Shown piece after piece: positions 19,269 to 29,332 of a stretch of DNA of 64,000 bases. Source of the DNA: an uncultured candidate division Zixibacteria bacterium. Its GTDB lineage: Bacteria > Zixibacteria > MSB-5A5 > UBA10806 > 4484-95. The first letter of the stretch is position 1; each line of letters starts with the position of its first letter. The translations under genes and the position numbers were made by a program. The stretch lies in assembly GCA_963668625.2 (NCBI GenBank), contig CAXXKA010000008.1:928001-992000 (forward strand), written 5' to 3'. Below the pieces are notes generated by a model. That model did no database searches and was not told the DNA's origin. It worked only from the letters and a program-made list of their open reading frames with translations.

Positions 19269-19967
19269 ATGAGCGCCGAAATCAGAGCTGTCATTTTCGA
19301 TATCGATGATACCCTGTACGATAGAAAAAAAGCACAGGCGATAGTTTTTGAGCAGTTCAAGCATCAATATACCGAGCTGTTCGACTCCATTGATATCCAC
19401 ATGCTCACCACCGCCTATTATGAGGCCGACAGACTTTCCGGCGAATATTTCTACGCCAGCGGAAAGGGTGAAAGGCATCGACAGAATAGATTCGGTCTTT
19501 TTCTGGATATGCTGGAGTTGGATAATGAATATGTCGGGGAGATGGCAAAGTTCTATATAGAACAATATAGCAAGGTCAACACCCCGATGGCAGGCGCGGT
19601 GGAGGTAGTTAAAGCGTTACGTGATAAATACAAGCTTGGCGTAATCACCAATGGTCTTTCCGAAACGCAGAGAAATAAACTGGATGCAATAGGTTTGACC
19701 TCATTGTTCGATAGTATCGTGATTTCGGATGAGTCCGAGTACAAAAAACCCGAGCCCAATATATTTTGGGAATCAGCCGGCAAACTCGCTTGTAAATCCG
19801 AGCAGTGCATCTATATCGGTAATTCGTATAATGGCGATATCATCGGCGCCGCCGGAGCTGGTATGAAATCCTGTTGGTATAATCCCTCTAAAAATAGGCC
19901 AATGCATATGCCGGTTATGCCGGATCATGAAATTTCGAAATTGGCGGAGCTACATGGTTTCCTTTAG
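19269..19967 (+). CDS. HAD superfamily hydrolase (YjjG-like)
   Basis: FDIDDTL, ITNG, KPEPNIF and IGNS..GDI motifs. Confidence 0.9.
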   Translation: MSAEIRAVIFDIDDTLYDRKKAQAIVFEQFKHQYTELFDSIDIHMLTTAYYEADRLSGEYFYASGKGERHRQNRFGLFLDMLELDNEYVGEMAKFYIEQYSKVNTPMAGAVEVVKALRDKYKLGVITNGLSETQRNKLDAIGLTSLFDSIVISDESEYKKPEPNIFWESAGKLACKSEQCIYIGNSYNGDIIGAAGAGMKSCWYNPSKNRPMHMPVMPDHEISKLAELHGFL

Positions 19968-19978
19968 ATGTTAATCTC

Positions 19979-20977
19979 ATGAATATATTTGATTGGTTAA
20001 AACAGAATATCGATTTTCAGGAATGCGATTCGACCGCTTTGATGTACGATTACATGGAATCGCAATCGAACGAATTATTGCCTATTATTTATCAGCCTTT
20101 CGATATCGATAACCTCTCACACTGGCGTGACCGGGGATATATACTCGATTTCCATTATTCCGTCGGCGAGGGTAATATCCTGGATTTCGGTCCGGGGGAT
20201 GGCTGGCCTTCGCTGATGATAGCTCCGTTCACCAATCGTATAACCGGTGTTGAGGCCTCGAATACGCGAGTGGAGGTTTGCAGAATAAATGCGGCCCGGC
20301 TCGGTATTCAAAACGTCGAGTTCGTGCATGTTAAACCCGGGGATAAGCTGCCATTCGAGAATAACTTTTTCGATGGCATCACCGCTGCCTCATCCATAGA
20401 GCAAACTCCCGATCCATTCGCGACATTAAGCGAGCTATATAGGGTGTTGAAACCGGGTGGTAAGCTCAGGATGTACTATGAGTCGCTTGCTGGATATCGG
20501 GATGGCCGGGAAAAGGAAATGGTCAGTTGGCAAACGAAAGATAGCAAGTTCAGGATAGATATCTACAACAGGATTATTGACAGGGAAGAAACGGAGATAT
20601 ACTCCCTGGAATTCGATTTACTATCGGATGATATAACAACGCTGTTCAGAGATACAACCGATGCAGAAGATATTCCCGATGATTTGCTTAAAAAGTTGAA
20701 TAATATTACCAGGTCTATTGATAATCCATGCAAAGCCAGGCTGGTACAACCGGATTGCCGGACATGGCTGGAATGGATGGGAAAGATCGGTTTCAGTGGA
20801 TGTTTGCCCACCCGCAACGGCGGTATACTGGCGGAGTTGATGTTCAATACATATAAAGGGGAGAATCGACCGACGAACCTCGATCAACTCGATGAACTTC
20901 TTATACCTTTTATCGCTGAGATAATTAAAATAAAAGAACCTGTATTATCCAACCCTATGATTACCGCAATTAAATAA
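19979..20977 (+). CDS. Class I SAM-dependent methyltransferase
   Basis: ILDFGPGDG, LPFENNFFD and ELYRVLKPGG motifs. Confidence 0.85.
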   Translation: MNIFDWLKQNIDFQECDSTALMYDYMESQSNELLPIIYQPFDIDNLSHWRDRGYILDFHYSVGEGNILDFGPGDGWPSLMIAPFTNRITGVEASNTRVEVCRINAARLGIQNVEFVHVKPGDKLPFENNFFDGITAASSIEQTPDPFATLSELYRVLKPGGKLRMYYESLAGYRDGREKEMVSWQTKDSKFRIDIYNRIIDREETEIYSLEFDLLSDDITTLFRDTTDAEDIPDDLLKKLNNITRSIDNPCKARLVQPDCRTWLEWMGKIGFSGCLPTRNGGILAELMFNTYKGENRPTNLDQLDELLIPFIAEIIKIKEPVLSNPMITAIK

Positions 20978-20979
20978 AC

Positions 20980-22956
20980 CTAACGAAATACCTTATTAAA
21001 AACAGGGTGATCGGGAATGTTTTCACAGGGTGGCCAACCCTCGGGCATCTCGTCCGGTACTTCGTTTCCGTTCGACCATTGCGGCGGAATCATGGGACAA
21101 TAGTCAAGCCCGATAAAGCCTCGGAAATACGACACCAGCCGGCTGACATCCGAACCGAGTACCCGGCAGTCTCCGGTAACATCCCCCGAACCCCAGGCGC
21201 CGTTTATAGAACAGGGTTTGCAAGCTTCTATAACGCTGAGATAATTTACGATATACGTAACATCATTGCCGATTCGTCGTGGCGGCCAGGCGCCGTAATA
21301 CATGTTGGCGTCCCCCAGCAAGAACGGATAGCCCAAAAAGCGAAGCTCGATATCAACTTGCGCGGTATCCCCGGCCAGAGCCTCTATCTCCGAAATGATA
21401 GTGTCGGCGTAGTTTATATGATAGAACGAAAGCTCATAATTGCCGGCATCCAGGCTATCGAAACTGAATTCGCCGTAGAAATCGGAGGTGTCGGTGCGCG
21501 ACGGATTGCTCAGGTCGACTACAATGTTTTCGAGAAATGCCCCGGAGGAGTCGGTCAGAACTCCGGTAATAAACGTAGGATAATGCATGACCATGAACAA
21601 CTGGGTAGTGCTGTCGGAGGCAATATGTATATCGGCTAACGTCGTATCGTTATAGTACTCATCTATGAAACTGATCTCGAAATCACCCAGATCAAGAGAG
21701 TCCATATGGAAATTGCCTTCCTCATCGGTGAAAGCCCGGTGAGAGGTGCCGCCCACGGAAACCCTTATATCCTCCAGTGGCATCATGTTATCATCCACCA
21801 CCGCTCCGGCCAACTTTCCCGGATACCTGAGTATCACATTCTGCATTACCTCGATATCATCAAGCTGAACCTCGACATTCTGAATGATCGTGTCGGCATA
21901 GTAATAGTGACGGTAGCGAATATTATAGCTGCCACTACTGAGGCACCCGATTTGATACTCACTGTTTGCATCCGAGCGTGTACTGAAAGGAGCGTTGGTA
22001 GTATTGATATAAGTAGTGCTAACCGTTTCGCCTAATGGGCCGGTTATAGTTCCGCTTACATAAGGAAGATAATCACAGAGATCGTATATCACCGGCTCTA
22101 CACCGGCGTTGACCTCCAACAGCTCATGATCGTGTACGGTGATCCAGTCCTCCTGCTGCTGCGTGGGAAATCTTGAGGCGATCGCCGTAAATGAATATGA
22201 GGGATCGGTGTAGTAGTACAGGGTTCTATCCAGGCGGTAGGACCATATGGTATTACCATCGCTGAGTATGAAATTTAAAGCCTCATCATAACTGCGAACG
22301 TTTATTTGCCTGAGCGCCTCGATTATACCCTCGACCACGTTCCAGTCATGCTCCTCTATATTTTTCAGGAGAAGAAGGAAATACAGCTCCGAATCGATAA
22401 CGAGATCGGAATCGGCCGGATCGCATTCGGCGATACCTGAGCCGGTTAGCGGATTTTCTATCAAATAATGTTGTCCTACGAGTTCGTATAAAAGTGGTTT
22501 GCTGGCGGTACCGTTATGAATAAAAGTCCAGGTGCGATTGTCCTTTTCTCTTATAAACGGGTGCGGATCCGGAATGCTATCGCTGCCGTGGGCACAGCAA
22601 CCGGCGGAGCAATTTCTGACATGGCCTAAAATGATATTAGGGGCGGTCCTCTCCAGGCCGGCTATGATCACGTCATATTGGATATCGTTAATCGCTCGTA
22701 TCGCTCCCCTGTCGATAATCGCCGTATCCCCGAATGACTGATAACTAGCTATACCCCAGCCATCTATATTAGCGGATTCGGAAAGCCGTTCGAGTGAATA
22801 AGGGTAGTCAACGTAATAATCCTGTATGAGTCCCCGGGGCATATCCGCGGAAATTATTCCCGTTATCCGGCAATTATGAGGTTCCTCATTCTCCTGCCCG
22901 TAAACTATGGGTATAGAAATAAATATCGTAAACAATAACGTGATTATCAGTTTCAT
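20980..22956 (-). CDS. Secreted class II glutamine amidotransferase-like (Ntn) protein with carboxypeptidase-regulatory-like Ig repeats and a C-terminal dockerin-like domain
   Basis: Signal peptide, then CR.., DGWG, GHVR, PHPF, FIHNG, DSE and LNF motifs of GATase-4 type; three Ig-like repeats; GDANM..WPP..DVTY tail. Confidence 0.8.
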   Translation of the reverse strand: MKLIITLLFTIFISIPIVYGQENEEPHNCRITGIISADMPRGLIQDYYVDYPYSLERLSESANIDGWGIASYQSFGDTAIIDRGAIRAINDIQYDVIIAGLERTAPNIILGHVRNCSAGCCAHGSDSIPDPHPFIREKDNRTWTFIHNGTASKPLLYELVGQHYLIENPLTGSGIAECDPADSDLVIDSELYFLLLLKNIEEHDWNVVEGIIEALRQINVRSYDEALNFILSDGNTIWSYRLDRTLYYYTDPSYSFTAIASRFPTQQQEDWITVHDHELLEVNAGVEPVIYDLCDYLPYVSGTITGPLGETVSTTYINTTNAPFSTRSDANSEYQIGCLSSGSYNIRYRHYYYADTIIQNVEVQLDDIEVMQNVILRYPGKLAGAVVDDNMMPLEDIRVSVGGTSHRAFTDEEGNFHMDSLDLGDFEISFIDEYYNDTTLADIHIASDSTTQLFMVMHYPTFITGVLTDSSGAFLENIVVDLSNPSRTDTSDFYGEFSFDSLDAGNYELSFYHINYADTIISEIEALAGDTAQVDIELRFLGYPFLLGDANMYYGAWPPRRIGNDVTYIVNYLSVIEACKPCSINGAWGSGDVTGDCRVLGSDVSRLVSYFRGFIGLDYCPMIPPQWSNGNEVPDEMPEGWPPCENIPDHPVFNKVFR

Positions 22957-23067
22957 TAGAAAAATCCGTTTTAAAGTATCATCAATTATAACTAATATAT
23001 AGTCCTATTAGTTAAATCGCCACTACTTTTAGGGGCTTTAATATATACTGAAAATTAACAGTATTCT

Positions 23068-24486
23068 CTACAAATCCAGATCAAATGACTGCCCGAATTC
23101 GGGCACCTCGACATTCCAGCCCAGTTTATCGCGGATTTTCTCCGCCAGTGAGGCTGAGGCGTCGCTTTCGCCATGCACTAAAAATGTCTTTTCAGGCGGG
23201 AAATTGAATCCCATTAGCCAGGCTAGTATCTCATTGTAATCGGCATGCGCCGAGAGGCTGGAAATGCTTTCTACATGGGCGTTTATGGGCACCTGGCGAC
23301 CGTGAATCTTTACCTCCGGCTTCTTTCTTTCTAATATTTTCCGGCCTCGCGTGCCCTGGGCCTGGTAGCCGATGAAAAACACCGTGTTCTTCGGGTCGGG
23401 CAGCCGGTTGGCCAGGTGATGTAATATCCTGCCGCCGGTGACCATACCGCTGGCGGAGATTATTATGGCATTTTTACTGACTTTGTTAATTGCCTTGGAC
23501 TGTTGGCGGGTTTCGCAAATATGAAGCTTCTTCGGATGAAACGCCCGTTTGCCCTCAATCGTTAGTAACCTGCTGGTGATATTCTGGTCGGTACTTCTTT
23601 CCTCGAAAATCTTGGTGACATTGATCGCCATCGGTGAGTCGACATATATATCCAACTCTGGTATCTTGCCATCCTCCTCCAACTCGCGAAGCATAAACAG
23701 TAATGTCTGGGTTCTGCCTACCGCGAAAGAGGGGATAATCAGCACGCCGCCGCGTTTCTGGCTTTCCGCGATAATCCTGACTAAAGCCTCGCGCGGATCG
23801 ACCTCATCATGCAGGCGGTTGCCGTAAGTGGACTCGATCACCAAATAGTCGACATTAAAAGCCTGTACGGGGTCGCGAAGGTATTTCTCGGAGGGACGTC
23901 CCAGATCGCCACTGAAAACAATCTTTCTGGATTTGCTGCCGCGACCGATTTTGATATCGATAAAGGATGAGCCGAGTATATGGCCGGCATCCTTGAACTT
24001 TATACGGAAATCATCCTCGAGATAGAATCCCTCGCCGTATTGCAGGGGCATCAGATGAGTCAACGCCTGCTCGGCATCCTTGACAGTGTAGAGTGGCAGG
24101 GCCGGTTTATGTTTGGAAAAACCGCGTTTATTGGCCCATTTCGCGTCCTCCTCCTGCAAGTGCGCGCTATCTTTGAGCATGATCTCGCATAGCTTGGCGG
24201 TGGCTATCGTACTGTGTACGTTGCCATCGAAACCATCCTTGACCAGTCGCGGAAGATAGCCGGTGTGATCGATATGGGCGTGGGTTAGAAACACGCGCTC
24301 GATCTCGTTGGCCGGGAAGGGGAACGGCTCCCAGTTTCGCGAGCGCACCTCTTTAGGCCCCTGGAACAGCCCGCAGTCGATAAGCATGTTCCGGCCTTTG
24401 GTTTCGAATAAAAAGCGCGAGCCGGTAACCGTACCGGTAGCGCCATAAAACGTGAGTTTCGATTTATTAGATTGCGTAGTTGCCAT
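23068..24486 (-). CDS. MBL-fold beta-CASP hydrolase (RNA-processing Ysh1/TTHA0252-like)
   Basis: GATGTVTGS, DCGLFQG, THAHIDH, AGHILGS, ESTYG, FAVGR and SAHAD motifs; ATG 24486. Confidence 0.93.
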   Translation of the reverse strand: MATTQSNKSKLTFYGATGTVTGSRFLFETKGRNMLIDCGLFQGPKEVRSRNWEPFPFPANEIERVFLTHAHIDHTGYLPRLVKDGFDGNVHSTIATAKLCEIMLKDSAHLQEEDAKWANKRGFSKHKPALPLYTVKDAEQALTHLMPLQYGEGFYLEDDFRIKFKDAGHILGSSFIDIKIGRGSKSRKIVFSGDLGRPSEKYLRDPVQAFNVDYLVIESTYGNRLHDEVDPREALVRIIAESQKRGGVLIIPSFAVGRTQTLLFMLRELEEDGKIPELDIYVDSPMAINVTKIFEERSTDQNITSRLLTIEGKRAFHPKKLHICETRQQSKAINKVSKNAIIISASGMVTGGRILHHLANRLPDPKNTVFFIGYQAQGTRGRKILERKKPEVKIHGRQVPINAHVESISSLSAHADYNEILAWLMGFNFPPEKTFLVHGESDASASLAEKIRDKLGWNVEVPEFGQSFDLDL

Positions 24487-24998
24487 AGTACATCTCCATG
24501 TTAATATCCAATATAAGATACGGTAATGATGCCCGAAATGCAACTTTATGTGAGGAAAAAGGGGAAAGGCGAGCGAGGGGGGAGGGGGATGTCATCCCAA
24601 ACTTGATTTGGGATCCATCTTCCCACGCTTGTGATTACAAACGTTACTTGCCAACTGCCACATGCTGACATTCCCACTACCGCTAGGGTGGGGATGGGGC
24701 ACCGGGCGATACTTGTTTAATGAAGACAATCAACTTGACAATTATGTTTATTCTAACTACATTTCATCATAGATAAAGAGAGTTTTGGTATGATAATCTT
24801 CCGGGTTGTTTATATGCATAAAGTTGTTTGTTTCGCGATAGAATAGTAGGAGCAGGTTGAATTCCCGCAGTTTTGACATTATGGCATAAAATATAATCTA
24901 CTTCATGCATACTTTTGCCCTCTTTTACCCAGGGATTAGCCACCCGATAACAAACGGAAATATTTGGTGAGTTGAAATGCAAAGTTAAATAAATCAAC

Positions 24999-25592
24999 AT
25001 GAAAGGGACTATAATGAAAGGATCAATTTTAGTATTAGTATTTGTTGCAGCGTTTTTTTCATTTGGCGTTGCGCAAGAAGTTGAAGACATTAAATCGTTA
25101 AGAGAAGAACAAATATCTAAACTCGGAACAGGTAGTATACCGCGTATAGAGGAAGTTATTAATGAAGCGAATTCATATCTTTCTTTGCCAATTGAAAGGC
25201 AAACAATAGAAGAGCTGGAGAAACTTGCCGAAAAAACAAATAGAGCATCAAACTTTATGGATTTCATCCTTGAAGAATATCGTGATTATTATAGCGATAA
25301 CTATAGATATGAATTTGTTCAAGAAAAAGTGGCACCTTTCCACGACCAATACCTCATTATATCTAATAAATTAAGAAGCTTTAGAAACGAAGCATATTTT
25401 AATATTGGCACTCTTTACAAAGAAGCCGGTGATTATATTTTAGCCTTTTTTTATTTTCGGGATGCGTTTCGTTTATCCTCATTTACTGAGAGCGAGGGGG
25501 ATCATAAAGGAATGAGGTATATAGCTGAAATTGAATTGAAAAAACTACTTGGAATTGAGGAATTAGGTACATTTCTCTATTGGAAAGAATAA
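24999..25592 (+). CDS. Hypothetical secreted helical protein (TPR-like C-terminus)
   Basis: Signal peptide; 'AYFNIGTLYKEAGDYILAFFYFRDA' resembles a TPR; AT-rich. Confidence 0.6.
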   Translation: MKGTIMKGSILVLVFVAAFFSFGVAQEVEDIKSLREEQISKLGTGSIPRIEEVINEANSYLSLPIERQTIEELEKLAEKTNRASNFMDFILEEYRDYYSDNYRYEFVQEKVAPFHDQYLIISNKLRSFRNEAYFNIGTLYKEAGDYILAFFYFRDAFRLSSFTESEGDHKGMRYIAEIELKKLLGIEELGTFLYWKE

Positions 25593-25834
25593 GTAAAGTA
25601 GGCCACGCCTACTCGGGGCGTGACTAACCCGCATACAGAGCAACAAACGCCTACTGCATGAAATACCTGCGCTGATAATTCAAGCATTCAAATCCCCCTC
25701 AACCCCTTCTGGATCTCCCGCTCGGGCGGGACAGGCCTCATCCCCGGCCGGAATGACACTATAGTTTTCTGACTTTGATTATCCATATAAGTCGTCGTTT
25801 TGCTTTCACAATTATACTATTTAATCCCACCAAA

Positions 25835-25866
25835 CAAAAAACCGGGATGGTAAAACCACCCCGGCT
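25835..25866 (-). terminator. Terminator after serC
   Basis: CCGGG..CCCGG hairpin with an A run on the plus strand (T run on the minus strand). Confidence 0.6.
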
Positions 25867-25887
25867 ACTAAAAGAGCGTATCTGAAA

Positions 25888-26973
25888 TTAGTTAGATTTC
25901 TTGAAATCCTCCATGAATTGAGCAACAGCCTGAGCGCCCTCTAATGTCATGGCATTGTACATCGATATCCTGACTCCACCGACACTGCGATGTCCCTTAA
26001 GGCCGACTAAACCTTTAGCCTTGGCCTCGGCGATCATCTTCTTCTCCAAATCCTCGTTGGGCAGGCGAAGAGTTAAATTCATCCAGCTACGGCTGTCTTT
26101 CTCGGCCGTGCCTTTGAAATAATCGGCGTTGTTATCGATCACATTGTAAACAGCATCCTTTTTCGCCTGGTTGATCTTCTCGATTGCCGGAAGACCACCC
26201 TGCTTTTTCACCCACTCGAACACCAGTTTCACGATATAGATAGCGAAACACGGGGGAGTGTTGTAAAGCGAGTTCTTGCCGGCCTGGGTTCTGTAATCCA
26301 GAAGAGCCGGGTTGCCGTCTTTGCATTTATCCAGCATATCCTGTTTCATGGCCACGAATGTGACACCGGCCGGGCCGAGGTTTTTCTGCGCGCCGGCGTA
26401 GATCATATCGTACTTCTTGTAGTCCCAGGTGCGCGAGCAGATATCGGAGGACATATCGGCGATTAACGGAATGCCGCCCGGATCGGGGATGTAGTGATAC
26501 TGCGTGCCCTTGATCGTGTTGTTGGTGGTGATATGCAGGTAAGCCGCGTTATCGGGGATATCCAGATCGGCCTGCTGCGGTATGAAACTATAACCTTTAT
26601 CCTTGGAGGAGGCAGCCTCGTATGCCTTACCGATAATGTTGGCCTCTTTAATAGCCTTGGACGACCAGGTGCCGGTATCGACATAAGCGCCGACCTTGCC
26701 CTCGGGCAGGAAATTGAACGGGATCATGGCGAACTGCATCGAGGCGCCAGCGGTTAAAAACAGAATCTTGTAGGTGTCATCCAGACCAAGCACCTCTTTA
26801 GCCAGCGACATGGCCTGGTTATTGATCTCGTCGAATTCCGGCGAGCGGTGTGAGCTCTCGATAATCGACATGCCGGTACCGCGATAATCCAGGAACTCCT
26901 CCTGCGCTATTTTTAAGACATCCAGGGGAAGAGTGCACGGACCGGGATTGAAATTAAATACTCTATTTGCCAT
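25888..26973 (-). CDS. serC: Phosphoserine aminotransferase
   Basis: FNFNPGP, SHRS, DMSSD, AGAQKNLGPAG, NTPP and GHRSVGG motifs. Confidence 0.97.
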   Translation of the reverse strand: MANRVFNFNPGPCTLPLDVLKIAQEEFLDYRGTGMSIIESSHRSPEFDEINNQAMSLAKEVLGLDDTYKILFLTAGASMQFAMIPFNFLPEGKVGAYVDTGTWSSKAIKEANIIGKAYEAASSKDKGYSFIPQQADLDIPDNAAYLHITTNNTIKGTQYHYIPDPGGIPLIADMSSDICSRTWDYKKYDMIYAGAQKNLGPAGVTFVAMKQDMLDKCKDGNPALLDYRTQAGKNSLYNTPPCFAIYIVKLVFEWVKKQGGLPAIEKINQAKKDAVYNVIDNNADYFKGTAEKDSRSWMNLTLRLPNEDLEKKMIAEAKAKGLVGLKGHRSVGGVRISMYNAMTLEGAQAVAQFMEDFKKSN

Positions 26974-26992
26974 TGATATATCCTCGCGATTT

Positions 26993-27874
26993 TTAAAGTT
27001 CGTTTTTGACGTACTTACCAATTAACTCCTCGATGATATCACCGATACGGAGCAGGTTCTCTTTGGTAGAGGCGCCGATATGCGGAGTCATGACCACTTT
27101 GTCGGCATCTCTGAAAGGTGTGCTTTCCGGCGGATCGGAATACCAGACATCATTGCCGTAGCCGGCGAGCTTACCGCTCTTGAGAGCCTCGACAACATCC
27201 TGTTCGACAACGCATTTGCCGCGGCCGGTGTTGACCATGTAAGCGCCGTCCTTACAGTCGGCCAAGGTATTCTTGTTGATCATGCCGAGAGTATCCTCGG
27301 TTTGCGGCATGTTGATCGAGACGTAATCCGAGACAGCGAGAGTATCTTTGAGCGAACCTTTCATCTCGGCGATATCGTGCTTCTTGATGAACGGGTCGTA
27401 GGCGACTACTTTCATGCCGAACGCCTGGCCGCGTTTGGCGATCTCGGTACCGATTCTGCCGATACCCAGTACGCCCAGGGTTTTGCCGTAAAGCTCGGAA
27501 CGTTTGAGCTGCTTTTTCTCCCACTTGCCCTCTTTCATTGAGATATGGCCGGGTACGATATTGTTCGGCATGGCTATCATCAGCGCGAAAGCCAGCTCGG
27601 CAACCGCTATGGATGATGCGGCCGCGGTATTAAAAACCTTGATACCTTTTTCTTTGGCATAAACCTGATCGACATTATCCAGGCCGACTCCGCCGCGAAT
27701 GACCAGTTTCAGGTTGGGAGCGCCATCGATATATTCTTTGGTAACTTTGGTTTTACTGCGAATCAATATGACCTCAGCCTCCGGGATACGAGCTTTGTCA
27801 TCGGTGATCTCGCCGAATTTCGTCAGTTTCTCCGGTAAACCGGGATCGAATGCATCGGAAATTAAAATCAACAT
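26993..27874 (-). CDS. serA: D-3-phosphoglycerate dehydrogenase, short form without ACT domain
   Basis: RGGVGLDNVD, GIGRIG, NTGRG and TPHIGAST motifs; adjacent to serC. Confidence 0.85.
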   Translation of the reverse strand: MLILISDAFDPGLPEKLTKFGEITDDKARIPEAEVILIRSKTKVTKEYIDGAPNLKLVIRGGVGLDNVDQVYAKEKGIKVFNTAAASSIAVAELAFALMIAMPNNIVPGHISMKEGKWEKKQLKRSELYGKTLGVLGIGRIGTEIAKRGQAFGMKVVAYDPFIKKHDIAEMKGSLKDTLAVSDYVSINMPQTEDTLGMINKNTLADCKDGAYMVNTGRGKCVVEQDVVEALKSGKLAGYGNDVWYSDPPESTPFRDADKVVMTPHIGASTKENLLRIGDIIEELIGKYVKNEL

Positions 27875-27893
27875 AGGATGTTCCTTTATTCTA

Positions 27894-29135
27894 TTAATTG
27901 GTTAACAGGTTAACAACCATGCCGCTGCGAAGTTTCGGTTCAAACCATGTCGATTTGGGCGGCATTACCTCGCCGGCATCCGCAACATTTAACAGTTGTT
28001 CTATCGATGTTGGATAGAGTGAAAACGCTAACTGGTATTCACCCGAATCCACCAGTTTCATCAGTTCTTTAGTACCCCTAATACCGCCGACGAAATCAAT
28101 ACGTTTGTCGGTTTTGGGATTCTCGATTCCCAGAATCGGCGCGATCAGGTTATTCCCCAGTATGGCGGCATCGATGGAGTTGACCGGATCTTTAGGGTCG
28201 AATGAGCCGTCTTTAGCTATAAGCTCATACCATTTACCCTCAGTGTAAACGCCAAAGTGATGAGGCGTAGCCGGGGCCAGCTCGCCCTCGTGTATTTTTA
28301 TCTCGAATTTGTCTCCGGCCTGTTTGAATACCTCATCCATGGAGATCGTATTATCTTTCACGACACGGTTATAGGGCAGGATTTTCAACTCATCATCGGG
28401 GAATGAAACGGTCAGGAAAAAATTGTACGGCTCCTCGCCTGTGTGATTGGGATTACTCTCCTTATTGCGATGGCATATCTCGGAGGCGGACTGGCTTCTG
28501 TGATGGCCATCGGCGACATACAGGTAAGGCAGTTGATTGAAGCGCTCGGAGACTAAGGCGATAGTCTCGTTGTTATCGATAACCCAGAATTCATGCTTTA
28601 TACCGTCATCGGCCGTGAAATCTACCTGCGGTTTATCGGAGGTGATTTTGGCGAACAACTCTTTGATATTCTGGTTAGAGCGGAAAGTCAAAAAGACAGG
28701 ACCTACCTGAGCCTCTAAAAACGTAATGTGATTGGCGCGGTCGTTGACTTTCTCGGGGCGGGTGTGTTCGTGTTTCTTGATAAGACCTTTATCGTACTCC
28801 TCAACCGAGGCTAAAGCCACCAGGCCATGCTGAGCCCGGCCGTCCATGGTGAGACGATAGAGATAGAAACATGGTTTCTCATCGCGTATCATTATCTTAT
28901 CATCAATCAGCTTCTGAAGATTGTCTTTGCCCCGCTGGTATACCTGCCGGCTGTATTGATCGACATTGTCATCAAATTCCAGTTCAGCTTTATTAACGCG
29001 CAAAAATGATTTTGGATTATTGGCTGCCATTGCGCGAGCTTCTTTAGCATTTAAAACATCATAGGGGGGTGAGGCGACCTCGCCTGCGAATTCAGGCTTG
29101 GGTCTCAAGCCTTTGAACGGCTTTACTATCGACAT
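27894..29135 (-). CDS. DUF1015 family protein
   Basis: SPPYDV, KKHEHT, YVADGHHR and MPPKSTWFEPKLRSG motifs; this family is commonly found beside serC/serA. Confidence 0.9.
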   Translation of the reverse strand: MSIVKPFKGLRPKPEFAGEVASPPYDVLNAKEARAMAANNPKSFLRVNKAELEFDDNVDQYSRQVYQRGKDNLQKLIDDKIMIRDEKPCFYLYRLTMDGRAQHGLVALASVEEYDKGLIKKHEHTRPEKVNDRANHITFLEAQVGPVFLTFRSNQNIKELFAKITSDKPQVDFTADDGIKHEFWVIDNNETIALVSERFNQLPYLYVADGHHRSQSASEICHRNKESNPNHTGEEPYNFFLTVSFPDDELKILPYNRVVKDNTISMDEVFKQAGDKFEIKIHEGELAPATPHHFGVYTEGKWYELIAKDGSFDPKDPVNSIDAAILGNNLIAPILGIENPKTDKRIDFVGGIRGTKELMKLVDSGEYQLAFSLYPTSIEQLLNVADAGEVMPPKSTWFEPKLRSGMVVNLLTN

Positions 29136-29261
29136 GGAATACCTCCGTTTTATCGCGTACTCGTAATATTCAAATTAGATCAGAAAATAACAAAAATGCC
29201 GTAAAATCCAAGAACATTTATAGGGTTTAACGTAAATATTATCAGACTCATAAAGAAACGG

Positions 29262-29292
29262 AAAAGCCCGGAATGAAAATCGATTTCCGGGC
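29262..29292 (-). terminator. Terminator after the dockerin-domain pseudogene
   Basis: AGCCCGGAA..TTCCGGGCT hairpin. Confidence 0.6.
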
Positions 29293-29332
29293 TAATTGAT
29301 ATCTGCTAATCTATTGTATTACAATAGTATAT

